A stretch of 64,000 nt of DNA from a bacterium. GTDB taxonomy: Bacteria > Bacillota > Clostridia > Lachnospirales > Lachnospiraceae. The stretch is taken from NCBI GenBank assembly GCA_963593905.1, contig CAVBBL010000006.1, forward strand, positions 6,139 to 70,138, read 5' to 3'. The notes under the pieces are model-generated. The model had not been told where the DNA came from, made no database searches, and saw only the letters and a list, made by a program, of their open reading frames with translations. Both the position numbers and the translations under genes were made by a program. This document shows, one piece after another, positions 15,744 to 25,097 of this stretch (the first letter of the stretch is position 1; every line of letters begins with the position of its first letter).

Positions 15744-18332
15744 CTACAACCACTCATCCCAGAAACGATCTACCCGATGGCTGACCTGTTCTAAACAGAT
15801 TTCCTCATAATTCGCCCATTCTCTGGGGAACAGCATGCGATAGCCACTTTGCAGAAAACGTTCATCCAACAGAGCCACCACACCTGTATCCTCGCTGGTG
15901 CGTATGACTCTTCCGGCCGCCTGGAGTACTTTATTCATGCCAGGATAGCGATAGGCATAGTCATACCCATTCACGCCGTTCCTGGCAAAATAGTCCTTCA
16001 ATAGTTCCCTCTCCTGGCTGATCTGGGGCAAGCCTGTTCCTACGATCACAGCCCCGATCAGCGCATCTTTTTTTAGGTCCACTCCCTCGCTGAAGATTCC
16101 GCCCAGGACGCAGAATCCGTAAAAGCTCCCCTCCTCACTGCTGCGTGTAAAACGACTCAGAAATTCCTCTCGGTCAGCTTCGCTCATCCTCTCCTTTTGG
16201 ATCCAGATTTCCGTTTCTGTCTCTCCGTATATTTCCTGATAAGCCTGATAGACCGCCCGCATAAAGGCGTAGGATGGAAAAAAGACCATATAATTGCCAT
16301 ATCTGGCCATACCGATCCGGTGAATATAATCGGCAATTCTCGCATATTCCTCCGGTCCCCGTCTGCTGTAGCGACTGGTCACATCGTTGGCAACCAGCAA
16401 AGCCCTCTTCTCCGGATCAAATACGGATCTGGCATAAACCTCGTAGTCTTCCTGTGTCCCCCCCAACAGACTCTTATAATACTGAATAGGCAGCAGCGTC
16501 GCGGAGAACAGGACAGACGCACGCCCTCTGTCCATGCATTCCTTCAAATTCGTACTGGGATCCACATTAAAGAGCCGGATCATAAACGTCTCGTCCTTAA
16601 TGGCATAAATCACATATTTCTCATCCAGTTTTTCGTAGATCATCAGGAAGTGATTGAGTTCAAAATATAAATCCAGCAGCAAAGCATGACCATCTTCCTG
16701 ATTTGAATCAGAATCCACTGCCTCAACCTCCGTTTCGCAGATACCTTCACCGACCGGTTTCACTGCAAGCGAGTGCTCTTTCCCAGCGTCTTCTCTGCGT
16801 CTTTTCCGATTATAATCCTCCAGATATTCGCTGATGGCCGCCTGCAGACGATACAAACAGGCGGAGAGTCTCTCGATATCCTCCGTCTCCAGGCACACAG
16901 CCTCTCCTTCCTTGGAGACCAGGCGACGCAATTCCAGCATAGCTGTATTGCAGGCGCCAAGGCATCTCTCAATCCTGGCCATCCTGCCCTTAACTGCCCT
17001 TCGCACCTCCAGGAATTTTTCCTTTGTCAGCTGTGCACTGTACATCTCCCTTCCGCGGTCTACCAGATTATGTGCCTCGTCGATAAGGAACAGATACTCC
17101 CTGCGTATCTCTCCCTCCCCGAAAAAGCGGCGCAGATAGGCGTGGGGATCAAATACATAATTGTAATCTCCGATAATGACATCGGCAAAAAGACTCATGT
17201 CCAGCCCCATCTCAAAGGGACAGACCTGATATTTTTCCGCATATTCTTCAATAGCCGCTCTGCTAAAATCGTCTCGATTGGTCAACAGCGCATAGATAGC
17301 CTCATTAACACGGTCAAAATGCCCTTTAGCCCTGGGACAGGCTTTCGGATTGCAGTCCGGCTTCTCCAATGTACAGATCTTTTCCCTGGCCGTAAGGGTT
17401 ACCGATTTACATTGCAGATATCGATCCCGCATCAGGTTCACTGTATCCTCTGCCACAGTCCTCGCAATCGTCTTGGCTGTGAGATAAAAGATTTTCTCTG
17501 CTTTGCCCTCTCCCACGGCCTTGACCGCCGGAAACAGAGTCGTGATGGTCTTCCCTGATCCGGTGGGGGCTTCCAGAAAAAGCTTTCTGCCGTGCACGAT
17601 GGTCCGATAGCAGTCCGCTGCCAGCTCCTTTTGTCCCTCTCTGTACGGAAAAGGAAAACTCATGGATCTTATAGAAGCGGTTCGTCTCTCTCTCCACTGC
17701 AACGTATAAGCTGCCCATTTTCGGTACTCCGCCATGAGTCCGTCAAACCAGCTGCAGATCTCCCTTCTGGTCATGTGCTCATAGAAATACCGCACCTGTT
17801 CCGTATCCATGTTGCAATAGGTCATCCGCATCTGCACTGCAGTCAGATCATGTGCCATCACATACATATAGCCATAGCATCTGGCCTGCGCCACGTGCAC
17901 AGGCTCCGGGCGACGCATGCGGGACAAATTGCGATATGTGCCCTTTATCTCATCAATCGTGACACAGGGCAGCCCGGCATCTGTCCTAGCATCCCCTGAT
18001 GACAGGCTTCCTATAAGATTGCCTTCCATATCCAAAGCATCCTGTGGAATCAGACCGGAATAAATACCGTCTGCACGTCCCTCCACGATGACTGCTGCGT
18101 TTGCAAGGATGTCCTCTCTATCACTCTGTGCCTCTTCCCTGTCAAAGATGTATCGACACGCCATAGGGACCTCTGCCCGGTAGTCTCCCCCGGCTTGTTT
18201 CTGCAGACGGCGATGAATCTTTGAGCCGGCCAGCATCGCCTGTGCAGATCCCTTTATGCGATTGTCCAGGTCTCCGGAACGCAGGAGGAATTCCACCAGG
18301 TTTCGGACAGAAATGTGTATTTCCAGGCTCAT
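15744..18332 (-). CDS. DinG/XPD (Rad3)-family Fe-S DNA helicase fused to an N-terminal PD-(D/E)xK (Cas4/RecB-like) nuclease domain
   Basis: The N-terminus has GRADGIY ... IDEIKGTY ... QARCYGYMY (D, ExK and QxxxY). The helicase part has Walker A APTGSGKT and a DEAH box LIDEAHNL. The Cys cluster is CTLEKPDCNPKACPRAKGH...VCPFE. The C-terminus has the helicase C2-like QAAGRVIR. Confidence 0.85.
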   Translation of the reverse strand: MSLEIHISVRNLVEFLLRSGDLDNRIKGSAQAMLAGSKIHRRLQKQAGGDYRAEVPMACRYIFDREEAQSDREDILANAAVIVEGRADGIYSGLIPQDALDMEGNLIGSLSSGDARTDAGLPCVTIDEIKGTYRNLSRMRRPEPVHVAQARCYGYMYVMAHDLTAVQMRMTYCNMDTEQVRYFYEHMTRREICSWFDGLMAEYRKWAAYTLQWRERRTASIRSMSFPFPYREGQKELAADCYRTIVHGRKLFLEAPTGSGKTITTLFPAVKAVGEGKAEKIFYLTAKTIARTVAEDTVNLMRDRYLQCKSVTLTAREKICTLEKPDCNPKACPRAKGHFDRVNEAIYALLTNRDDFSRAAIEEYAEKYQVCPFEMGLDMSLFADVIIGDYNYVFDPHAYLRRFFGEGEIRREYLFLIDEAHNLVDRGREMYSAQLTKEKFLEVRRAVKGRMARIERCLGACNTAMLELRRLVSKEGEAVCLETEDIERLSACLYRLQAAISEYLEDYNRKRRREDAGKEHSLAVKPVGEGICETEVEAVDSDSNQEDGHALLLDLYFELNHFLMIYEKLDEKYVIYAIKDETFMIRLFNVDPSTNLKECMDRGRASVLFSATLLPIQYYKSLLGGTQEDYEVYARSVFDPEKRALLVANDVTSRYSRRGPEEYARIADYIHRIGMARYGNYMVFFPSYAFMRAVYQAYQEIYGETETEIWIQKERMSEADREEFLSRFTRSSEEGSFYGFCVLGGIFSEGVDLKKDALIGAVIVGTGLPQISQERELLKDYFARNGVNGYDYAYRYPGMNKVLQAAGRVIRTSEDTGVVALLDERFLQSGYRMLFPREWANYEEICLEQVSHRVDRFWDEWL

Positions 18333-18417
18333 AGCTGCTCCCCTTTGGATAATACATTTAGTATAACATCAAAAGCTCTCTCTTGTCATCTTTTTTCGAA
18401 ACTTTGTTCGTTCATAT

Positions 18418-18537
18418 CTCTGCTTTTCTTTCTCTGCTTTTCTTTCTCTGCTTTTCTTTCTCTGCTTTTCTTTCTCCGCTTTTCTTTCCCCGCTTTTCTT
18501 TCCCCCGCTTTTCTATCTCCATTTTTCTATCTCCACT
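18418..18537. repeat. 14-bp tandem array (CTCTGCTTTTCTTT)x4 perfect then about 4 decaying units
   Basis: I read the array directly. It is purine-rich (AGAAAGAAAAGCAG) in the sense of the helicase gene and lies 85-205 nt upstream of its start. Confidence 0.85.
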
Positions 18538-18941
18538 TTATTAGAAACATTGTCTAGCCATACACCTGACTGCACGATCAGCCACGAATATTCCATAAAC
18601 ATGTGCTGAGGAAATACCGATTAAATCAGCATCTCCTTAACACTTCTAATGAATTGCACGGATTTACAAGAGGAAATCCGGCGAGGAAAGTACTTTAATC
18701 CGTGTTTTCCTAAATAAAAAACAGCTGCATACGCGTTACTGCCATCAGCTTTAACCCTGATCACAGAAGTTTACGTACACAACTGTCTTCTTTTCATTCT
18801 ATGCGCATGCCCTGCGCACTTACATTTCTTCCTGCTATTACTTTACTATTACTCTGCTATTGCTATGCATCCGTCAGCATCTCATGCACAAAATCATGCA
18901 ATATTCAATGAAATCATGCAACGACACCGTTTCGCTGACCA

Positions 18942-19181
18942 CTAGCAAGCGATTGCCATAGCCTCTAAGAATCTCTCAAACACCTCATTATATCCGTCAT
19001 AGGTTACTACAAGCTTATTGGAGAGATCCAGTCCGAGGACACCTACGATGGACTTTGCATCCACAATGTATCTCTTGGTCGTGCTGTTAGCGATATCCAC
19101 TTCAAAGTCGCAATGAGAAGCTGCCTCAACAAAGGCACTTACATCATCTACACCTAACTTGATTACGCGTGTTGTCTTCAT
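18942..19181 (-). CDS. HPr-fold protein lacking the phospho-His15 motif
   Basis: MKTTRVIKLGVDDVSAFVEAAS stands in place of the GxHARPA motif. The Ser46-region motif VDAKSIVGVLGL is retained. The protein is 79 aa and the start at 19181 follows GGAAAGGGG. Confidence 0.6.
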   Translation of the reverse strand: MKTTRVIKLGVDDVSAFVEAASHCDFEVDIANSTTKRYIVDAKSIVGVLGLDLSNKLVVTYDGYNEVFERFLEAMAIAC

Positions 19182-19223
19182 TTTTGTTTGCCCCTTTCCG
19201 CCAAACCGGCATGTCCATGACAT

Positions 19224-19390
19224 CTGCGCCGGTTCTTTCTGCGTTTCCTTGTTTCTTTTCTGTTTCCTGTTGTTTTTCTATTTCCTGTTTCTTTCTGCTT
19301 GTTTCTTTTTCTTATCTGTCCTGTCTTTTTCTTTTATTCCGGTTTTATTCTTTTCCACTCAGCAGCTTCCAGTCTCTTTTTTAAATCAAT
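19224..19390. repeat. Polypyrimidine (plus strand) / polypurine (minus sense) low-complexity tract upstream of the HPr-like gene
   Basis: About 165 nt are almost exclusively C/T on the plus strand (gtttccttgtttcttttctgtttcctgttgtttttc...). Confidence 0.7.
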
Positions 19391-19849
19391 CGCAAGCCTT
19401 ATCAGGCAGCCGACAGAATGCTGCTACGGCTGATAACAATTAGCCAGAGCCACGAAGCCGAATCAACCGAACAGAACATTTTGCTGATTTTTTACCTCAG
19501 GTTCTCTTTTTTGCCTATTATAGGACTTTTTTTGCGGATGTAAAGAGAATTTTACGTATTTTTAGACGTGCAAAATCTTACGAAAAGCCCTTAAAACGGG
19601 GCTTTTCGTATGTTTTGTAACGCAAGAAACCGTTTTCACAAACCGAACTAAGCAAAATCTCCAATAGCAGCCAGAAAATGATTTATTTTTTTGTTCTTTT
19701 TTTCATTTCCGTGTGAAAAGCTCCAAAAATAATCTACATCAGAGAATAAAGAAATCACCGCAAAAGAGCGCTTCTAAGCAAGGAAACCACACGGATAACG
19801 TACAAAAATGCCCACACAACGTGCTCAATAGCAATCCCCTATCATAGAA

Positions 19850-19892
19850 TGCAAAAACAGCCCTCCCGCATTTTCACAGGAAAGGCTGTTTT
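19850..19892 (-). terminator. Terminator after gdhA
   Basis: The minus sense reads AACAGCC-tttcctgtgaaaatgcgggag-GGCTGTT then TTTTGC. Confidence 0.55.
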
Positions 19893-19962
19893 CACAATAT
19901 TTTCTTCTATATATATGAAGTGATTCTTAATATCTTAATATCTTAATATATGAAGTTAACTT

Positions 19963-21366
<1,404 letters not shown>

Positions 21367-21393
21367 CTAAAGACTCTATTTCCACTTTTAAGT

Positions 21394-21420
21394 CAAAAAA
21401 AGAGCAGACAACGTCTGCTC
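21394..21420 (-). terminator. Short terminator about 100 nt upstream of the gdhA start (end of a short leader transcript or attenuator)
   Basis: The minus sense reads GAGCAGAC-gtt-GTCTGCTC then TTTTTTTGAC. A TATAAT (minus, 21462..21457) lies about 40 nt upstream of the hairpin. Confidence 0.45.
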
Positions 21421-21658
21421 CTTTCGACGCCTTTGTCTCCGTTATTATAATCCCTGATTATAGGATACACAAGGCATTTCACGCATTTTTAACACGGATA
21501 TTTGTAGGAAATTGTGCATATTTTTTGTATAATTTGTACAAAGATACCTGTATACAAGAATACATGCAAGACATAAAATCAAAGCAAATACCACTTCCAG
21601 TGCATAAGGGTTACCACCCGTTTTTTTCGACATACGCATTTCTTTATAATCTTCACGT

Positions 21659-21788
21659 TTTTATGAAATGTTTTATGAAATGTTTTATGAAATATTTTGT
21701 GAAATGTTTTATGAAATGTTTTATGAAATGTTTTGTGTAATGTTTTATGTAATGTTTTATGTAATGTTTTATGTAATGTTTTATGTAG
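21659..21788. repeat. 12-bp tandem array, 11 units in two subfamilies (TTTTATGAAATG x6 then TTTTATGTAATG x5)
   Basis: I read the array directly. It lies 360-490 nt upstream of gdhA. Confidence 0.9.
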
Positions 21789-21878
21789 TACGCTACCAAT
21801 ATCAAAAGAGTTTTTGAAACTAACACTGACTGATACTTCCATGTAAGCTACCATGCAGCAAATCAATTAGCGGCCTTC

Positions 21879-22147
21879 AAAGCGTAATGCACCGGGGTGC
21901 GGCAGAATGACTCGCATCCTTTGCACTGCGCGCCAGTTTTGCATGGTTTGCATCGCAGCCGGAGGATGGTATCGGGCACGCTTTCAGAGCGTGCTCGATA
22001 GGCCCGCCTGTCTGAGCATCCCCGCATCAGGCGGGGATGCGAGTTAAGGGCCGGCCATCCGCAGGCAAGAGGCAAACCATAGCAAAACGGTGCAAAGTGC
22101 ATGGTGCGAGACATCTGCCGCACCCCGGTGCATGAACGGGCGACACC
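21879..22147 (+). repeat. GC-rich 269-nt multi-stem element, copy A (candidate structured ncRNA/cis-leader or MITE)
   Basis: It is about 90 percent identical to the reverse complement of 36372..36640. The ends form an 18-bp perfect closing stem GCACCGGGGTGCGGCAGA / TCTGCCGCACCCCGGTGC. Internal hairpins include TATCGGGCACGC/GCGTGCTCGATA and GCATCCCCGC/GCGGGGATGC. Confidence 0.8.
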
Positions 22148-22217
22148 AATCATGCAGCACTAATCATGCAGCACTAACCATGCAGCACTAACCAAGCAGC
22201 ACTAACCAAGCGGCACT
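22148..22217. repeat. 14-bp tandem array (AAYCAWGCRGCACT)x5 abutting element copy A
   Basis: The units read aatcatgcagcact, aatcatgcagcact, aaccatgcagcact, aaccaagcagcact and aaccaagcggcact. Confidence 0.85.
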
Positions 22218-22309
22218 TTCACAGTATTTTCGCAATTTCTTATTTTCAAAGAAGGTAACATGGCATAAAATAGGATTATACATGTCTATTCGCACAGATC
22301 GGAGTCCCC

Positions 22310-23545
22310 ATGCGTCAATATGAATTAATTGCCCCCTGCCATTTCGGCATGGAAAGTGTTGTCAAAAATGAAATCTATGAACTCGGTTATGATATTTCCG
22401 AGGTGACGGACGGCCGTGTTACCTTTATCGGCGATGCAGATGCCATAGCCAGGGCCAATATCTGCCTGCGCAGCGCAGAACGCATACTCTTAAAGGTAGG
22501 AAGTTTTCACGCAGAGACTTATGAAGAGCTTTTTCAGGGCACCAAAGCCCTTGACTGGGATGCGTTTCTTCCCAGAGAAGCCCGCTTCTGGGTGACCAAG
22601 GCGGCCAGCGTGCGAAGTAAGCTTTTTTCCCCATCAGACATTCAGTCCGTCATGAAACGAGCTATGGTGGAGAAGATGAAGCTGCGCTACCGTATTGACC
22701 ATTTTCCGGAGACCGGTGCTTCCTATCCGGTTCGTGTCTTCCTATTAAAAGATGAAGTGACAGCGGCAATCGACACCACCGGCGAATCCCTGCATAAACG
22801 CGGCTACCGCAAGTATGCTGTCAAGGCACCTATCGCTGAGAATCTGGCTGCCGGTCTTCTCATGCTCACTCCCTGGAAACCGGACCGCATTCTGGTAGAT
22901 CCCTTCTGCGGCAGCGGCACATTTCCCATAGAGGCTGCCCTGCTGGCCGCTAATATCCCCCCGGGACTATATCGCCATTTTACCGCAGAGGAGTGGACGA
23001 ATCTTATCCCCTCTTCTGTTTGGAAGGATGTGCGGGAAGAAATGGCAGAGTACATTGATCTTTCCGTGGAGACAGATATTCAGGGCTACGATATTGATCC
23101 GGAGGCCATCGCCGCTGCCAGGGAAAATGCCAAGCTAGCCGGCGTACAAAAGCTCATCCACTTCCAGGTTCGCCCTGTGGAGGCGCTCTCTCACCCCAAG
23201 AAATACGGATTCCTGATCACCAATCCCCCTTATGGTGAGAGGCTTCACGGTTTTACCCCCGGCAGCAATGCTCCCCGCAGCATCGCCGCCTCCAAGCTTG
23301 AGGTAACTGCCGCCCCCACTCCCGCTGATGAAGCGGCCATGGCAGAGATTGCCGCACTGTACCGCACCCTAGGCGATCGTTATCGTGCCCTTGGCACCTG
23401 GTCCATGTACATGATCACCTCTTATGATGACTGTGAACGGGAACTTGCTCTTAAATCTGCCAAGAAGCGTAAGATTTACAACGGCATGCTCAAGACTTGG
23501 TTTTATCAGTTCCCCGGTCCAAAGCCGGTGAGGCGAAACCAATAG
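22310..23545 (+). CDS. THUMP-domain class I SAM-dependent RNA (rRNA/tRNA) methyltransferase (RlmL/YpsC-like)
   Basis: It has N-terminal THUMP-like sequence, the SAM motif VDPFCGSGTFPIEAA and the catalytic NPPYGER. Confidence 0.8.
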   Translation: MRQYELIAPCHFGMESVVKNEIYELGYDISEVTDGRVTFIGDADAIARANICLRSAERILLKVGSFHAETYEELFQGTKALDWDAFLPREARFWVTKAASVRSKLFSPSDIQSVMKRAMVEKMKLRYRIDHFPETGASYPVRVFLLKDEVTAAIDTTGESLHKRGYRKYAVKAPIAENLAAGLLMLTPWKPDRILVDPFCGSGTFPIEAALLAANIPPGLYRHFTAEEWTNLIPSSVWKDVREEMAEYIDLSVETDIQGYDIDPEAIAAARENAKLAGVQKLIHFQVRPVEALSHPKKYGFLITNPPYGERLHGFTPGSNAPRSIAASKLEVTAAPTPADEAAMAEIAALYRTLGDRYRALGTWSMYMITSYDDCERELALKSAKKRKIYNGMLKTWFYQFPGPKPVRRNQ

Positions 23546-23573
23546 AAAAATAAATTTTTACGGAGGATGGATT

Positions 23574-24326
23574 TTGCGTTTACAGATTATTTTTGCAACG
23601 GGCAATCAGGATAAAGTCAGAGAGATTCGGGAGATCATGAATGATCCCCAGCTGCGTATTGCCTCCTTAAAGGATGCCGGTCTGGTCAGTGATCCCGTGG
23701 AAGACGGCTGGACCTTTGAGGCCAATGCCATCATCAAAGCCAAGGCTGTGGCGAACCTGCTGCGGATGCACGGCTCTGCTTCCTGGGCAAGAGAGCGTCA
23801 GGAAATCATGGAACAAAAAGAGCTCCTCACCCCGGCACAGCTGCAAGAGAAGCTGGATGCTACAGAGATTCCTCTTCTTCCCCTTCCGGATGGGGATCCC
23901 CAAATTCCTCTCGTCGTCATGGCAGAGGATTCCGGTCTGGTCATTGATGCCTTAAACGGCGAACCGGGAATTCAGACAGCTCGGTATCTGGGACATGACA
24001 CCTCTCATGAAGAGAAAATGAAACACATTCTGATGCGCATGGAGGGAGTGCCGGAGGAAAAACGCACTGCCAGATTCGTGGCAGCTATGGCAGCCTGTCT
24101 GCCAAACGGTGCCTCCTTTACCGTCCGCGGGGAGGTGGAGGGACACATTGCTCATGAGATCTGCGGTCAGGGCGGTTTTGGTTATGATCCCATCTTCTAC
24201 CTTCCGGAACTCGGCAAGACCACTGCCGAACTGACAGAGGATGAGAAAAACCAAATCAGTCACCGGGGACGTGCCTGCCGATTGATGCTGCAGAAGTTAG
24301 AAGAGATCTATGGCCAAAATGCCTGA
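23574..24326 (+). CDS. rdgB: RdgB/HAM1 non-canonical purine NTP pyrophosphatase with an internal insertion
   Basis: The TTG start follows GGAGGATGG. It has IIFATGNQDKVREI, EDSGLVIDALNGEPGIQTARY, FGYDPIF and SHRGRA. An insert of about 50 aa (RMHGSASWARERQEIM...) is not expected in the family. Confidence 0.8.
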   Translation: MRLQIIFATGNQDKVREIREIMNDPQLRIASLKDAGLVSDPVEDGWTFEANAIIKAKAVANLLRMHGSASWARERQEIMEQKELLTPAQLQEKLDATEIPLLPLPDGDPQIPLVVMAEDSGLVIDALNGEPGIQTARYLGHDTSHEEKMKHILMRMEGVPEEKRTARFVAAMAACLPNGASFTVRGEVEGHIAHEICGQGGFGYDPIFYLPELGKTTAELTEDEKNQISHRGRACRLMLQKLEEIYGQNA

Positions 24327-24385
24327 TGGCATTTTCAGTCATTCCAAGGATACCTTCGGTATTCTTTATCATCGCAGAGGTAAGT

Positions 24386-24880
24386 ATGAAGAAAATACTG
24401 ATTATCAGTGATACGCACAGACGGGATGATGTCATTCCCACCGTCATGCGGCAGGTCGGCCACGTGGACATGATGATCCACGCCGGGGATGCTGAGGGAA
24501 GTGAGGAAGTCTATCACCGCATTATGTGCGCAGAAAACGGAGATTTTCATTATGTGGCGGGCAATAACGACTTCTTTACCAGAGCCCCGCAGGAGGATCT
24601 GTTTTATATCGGTCCCTACCGCACTTATCTCACCCACGGTCATCAGTTCCGCGTGTCCATGGGGGATAAATATCTCCGGGATGAAGCATGGCAGAATAAT
24701 GTCAATATCCTGATTTACGGACATACTCACCGGCCTGTCGCGGAATACGAAGGTCCGATGCTGGTGCTCAACCCCGGCAGCCTGACCTATCCCCGCCAGG
24801 CCAATCAGCTTCCTTCCTATATACTGCTGACACTGGATGAGAATGACCGCCTGCAATATGAGATTCATTATCTGGACTGA
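24386..24880 (+). CDS. YfcE/MJ0936-family metallophosphoesterase
   Basis: It has MKKILIISDTHRRDD, IHAGD, GNND, THGH and YGHTH. The start at 24386 follows AGAGGTAAGT. Confidence 0.8.
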   Translation: MKKILIISDTHRRDDVIPTVMRQVGHVDMMIHAGDAEGSEEVYHRIMCAENGDFHYVAGNNDFFTRAPQEDLFYIGPYRTYLTHGHQFRVSMGDKYLRDEAWQNNVNILIYGHTHRPVAEYEGPMLVLNPGSLTYPRQANQLPSYILLTLDENDRLQYEIHYLD

Positions 24881-24898
24881 AACAACCTACATAATGAC

Positions 24899-24930
24899 AA
24901 AAAGCTCCTGTGCAATCACAGGAGCTTTTT
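24899..24930. terminator. Bidirectional terminator between the phosphoesterase gene and tRNA-Leu
   Basis: AAAAAGCTCCTGTG-caat-CACAGGAGCTTTTT has an A-run and a T-run flanking a 10-bp stem. Confidence 0.7.
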
Positions 24931-24932
24931 AA

Positions 24933-25012
24933 TGCGGATAACAGGACTTGAACCTGCACCCTGTCGGACCAGAACCTAAATCTGGCGCGTCTGCCAATTC
25001 CGCCATATCCGC
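24933..25012 (-). tRNA. tRNA-Leu (anticodon UAG), long variable arm
   Basis: The acceptor is GCGGATA/TATCCGC. The anticodon arm is CCAGA-TTTAGGT-TCTGG. The T arm is GGTTCAAGTCC. No CCA is encoded. Confidence 0.85.
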
Positions 25013-25062
25013 ATAAATGAGATAAATATCATGATACAATTTTATATAAATTTATATAAAGA

Positions 25063-25088
25063 TAAAAAATACCACCCATAAGGGTGGT
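25063..25088 (-). terminator. Terminator after the six-tRNA block
   Basis: The minus sense reads ACCACCC-ttat-GGGTGGT then ATTTTTTATC. Confidence 0.6.
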
Positions 25089-25097
25089 TGACTTCAG

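Noticed and set aside
18315-19443. ORFs 18315..18557, 19159..19443 and 19169..19384 (Phe/Leu/Ser-rich), and similar ORFs 9147..9449 and 56305..56600
   Set aside because: They are translations of polypyrimidine low-complexity tracts or tandem repeats, with no start signals.
21579-21866. ORF encoding HKTLHKTLHKTF repeats, and plus ORF 21525..21740 (FMKCFMKC)
   Set aside because: Both are pure read-through of the 12-bp tandem array, which keeps the frame because 12 is divisible by 3. There is no start context.
21863-22153. ORFs inside the GC-rich structured element (21863..22153; 36253..36492; 36518..36721)
   Set aside because: The two element copies are inverted, and their differences do not preserve any reading frame. 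The ORFs are Cys/Arg/Gly-rich as expected from GC-rich palindromic DNA, and no SD is present.
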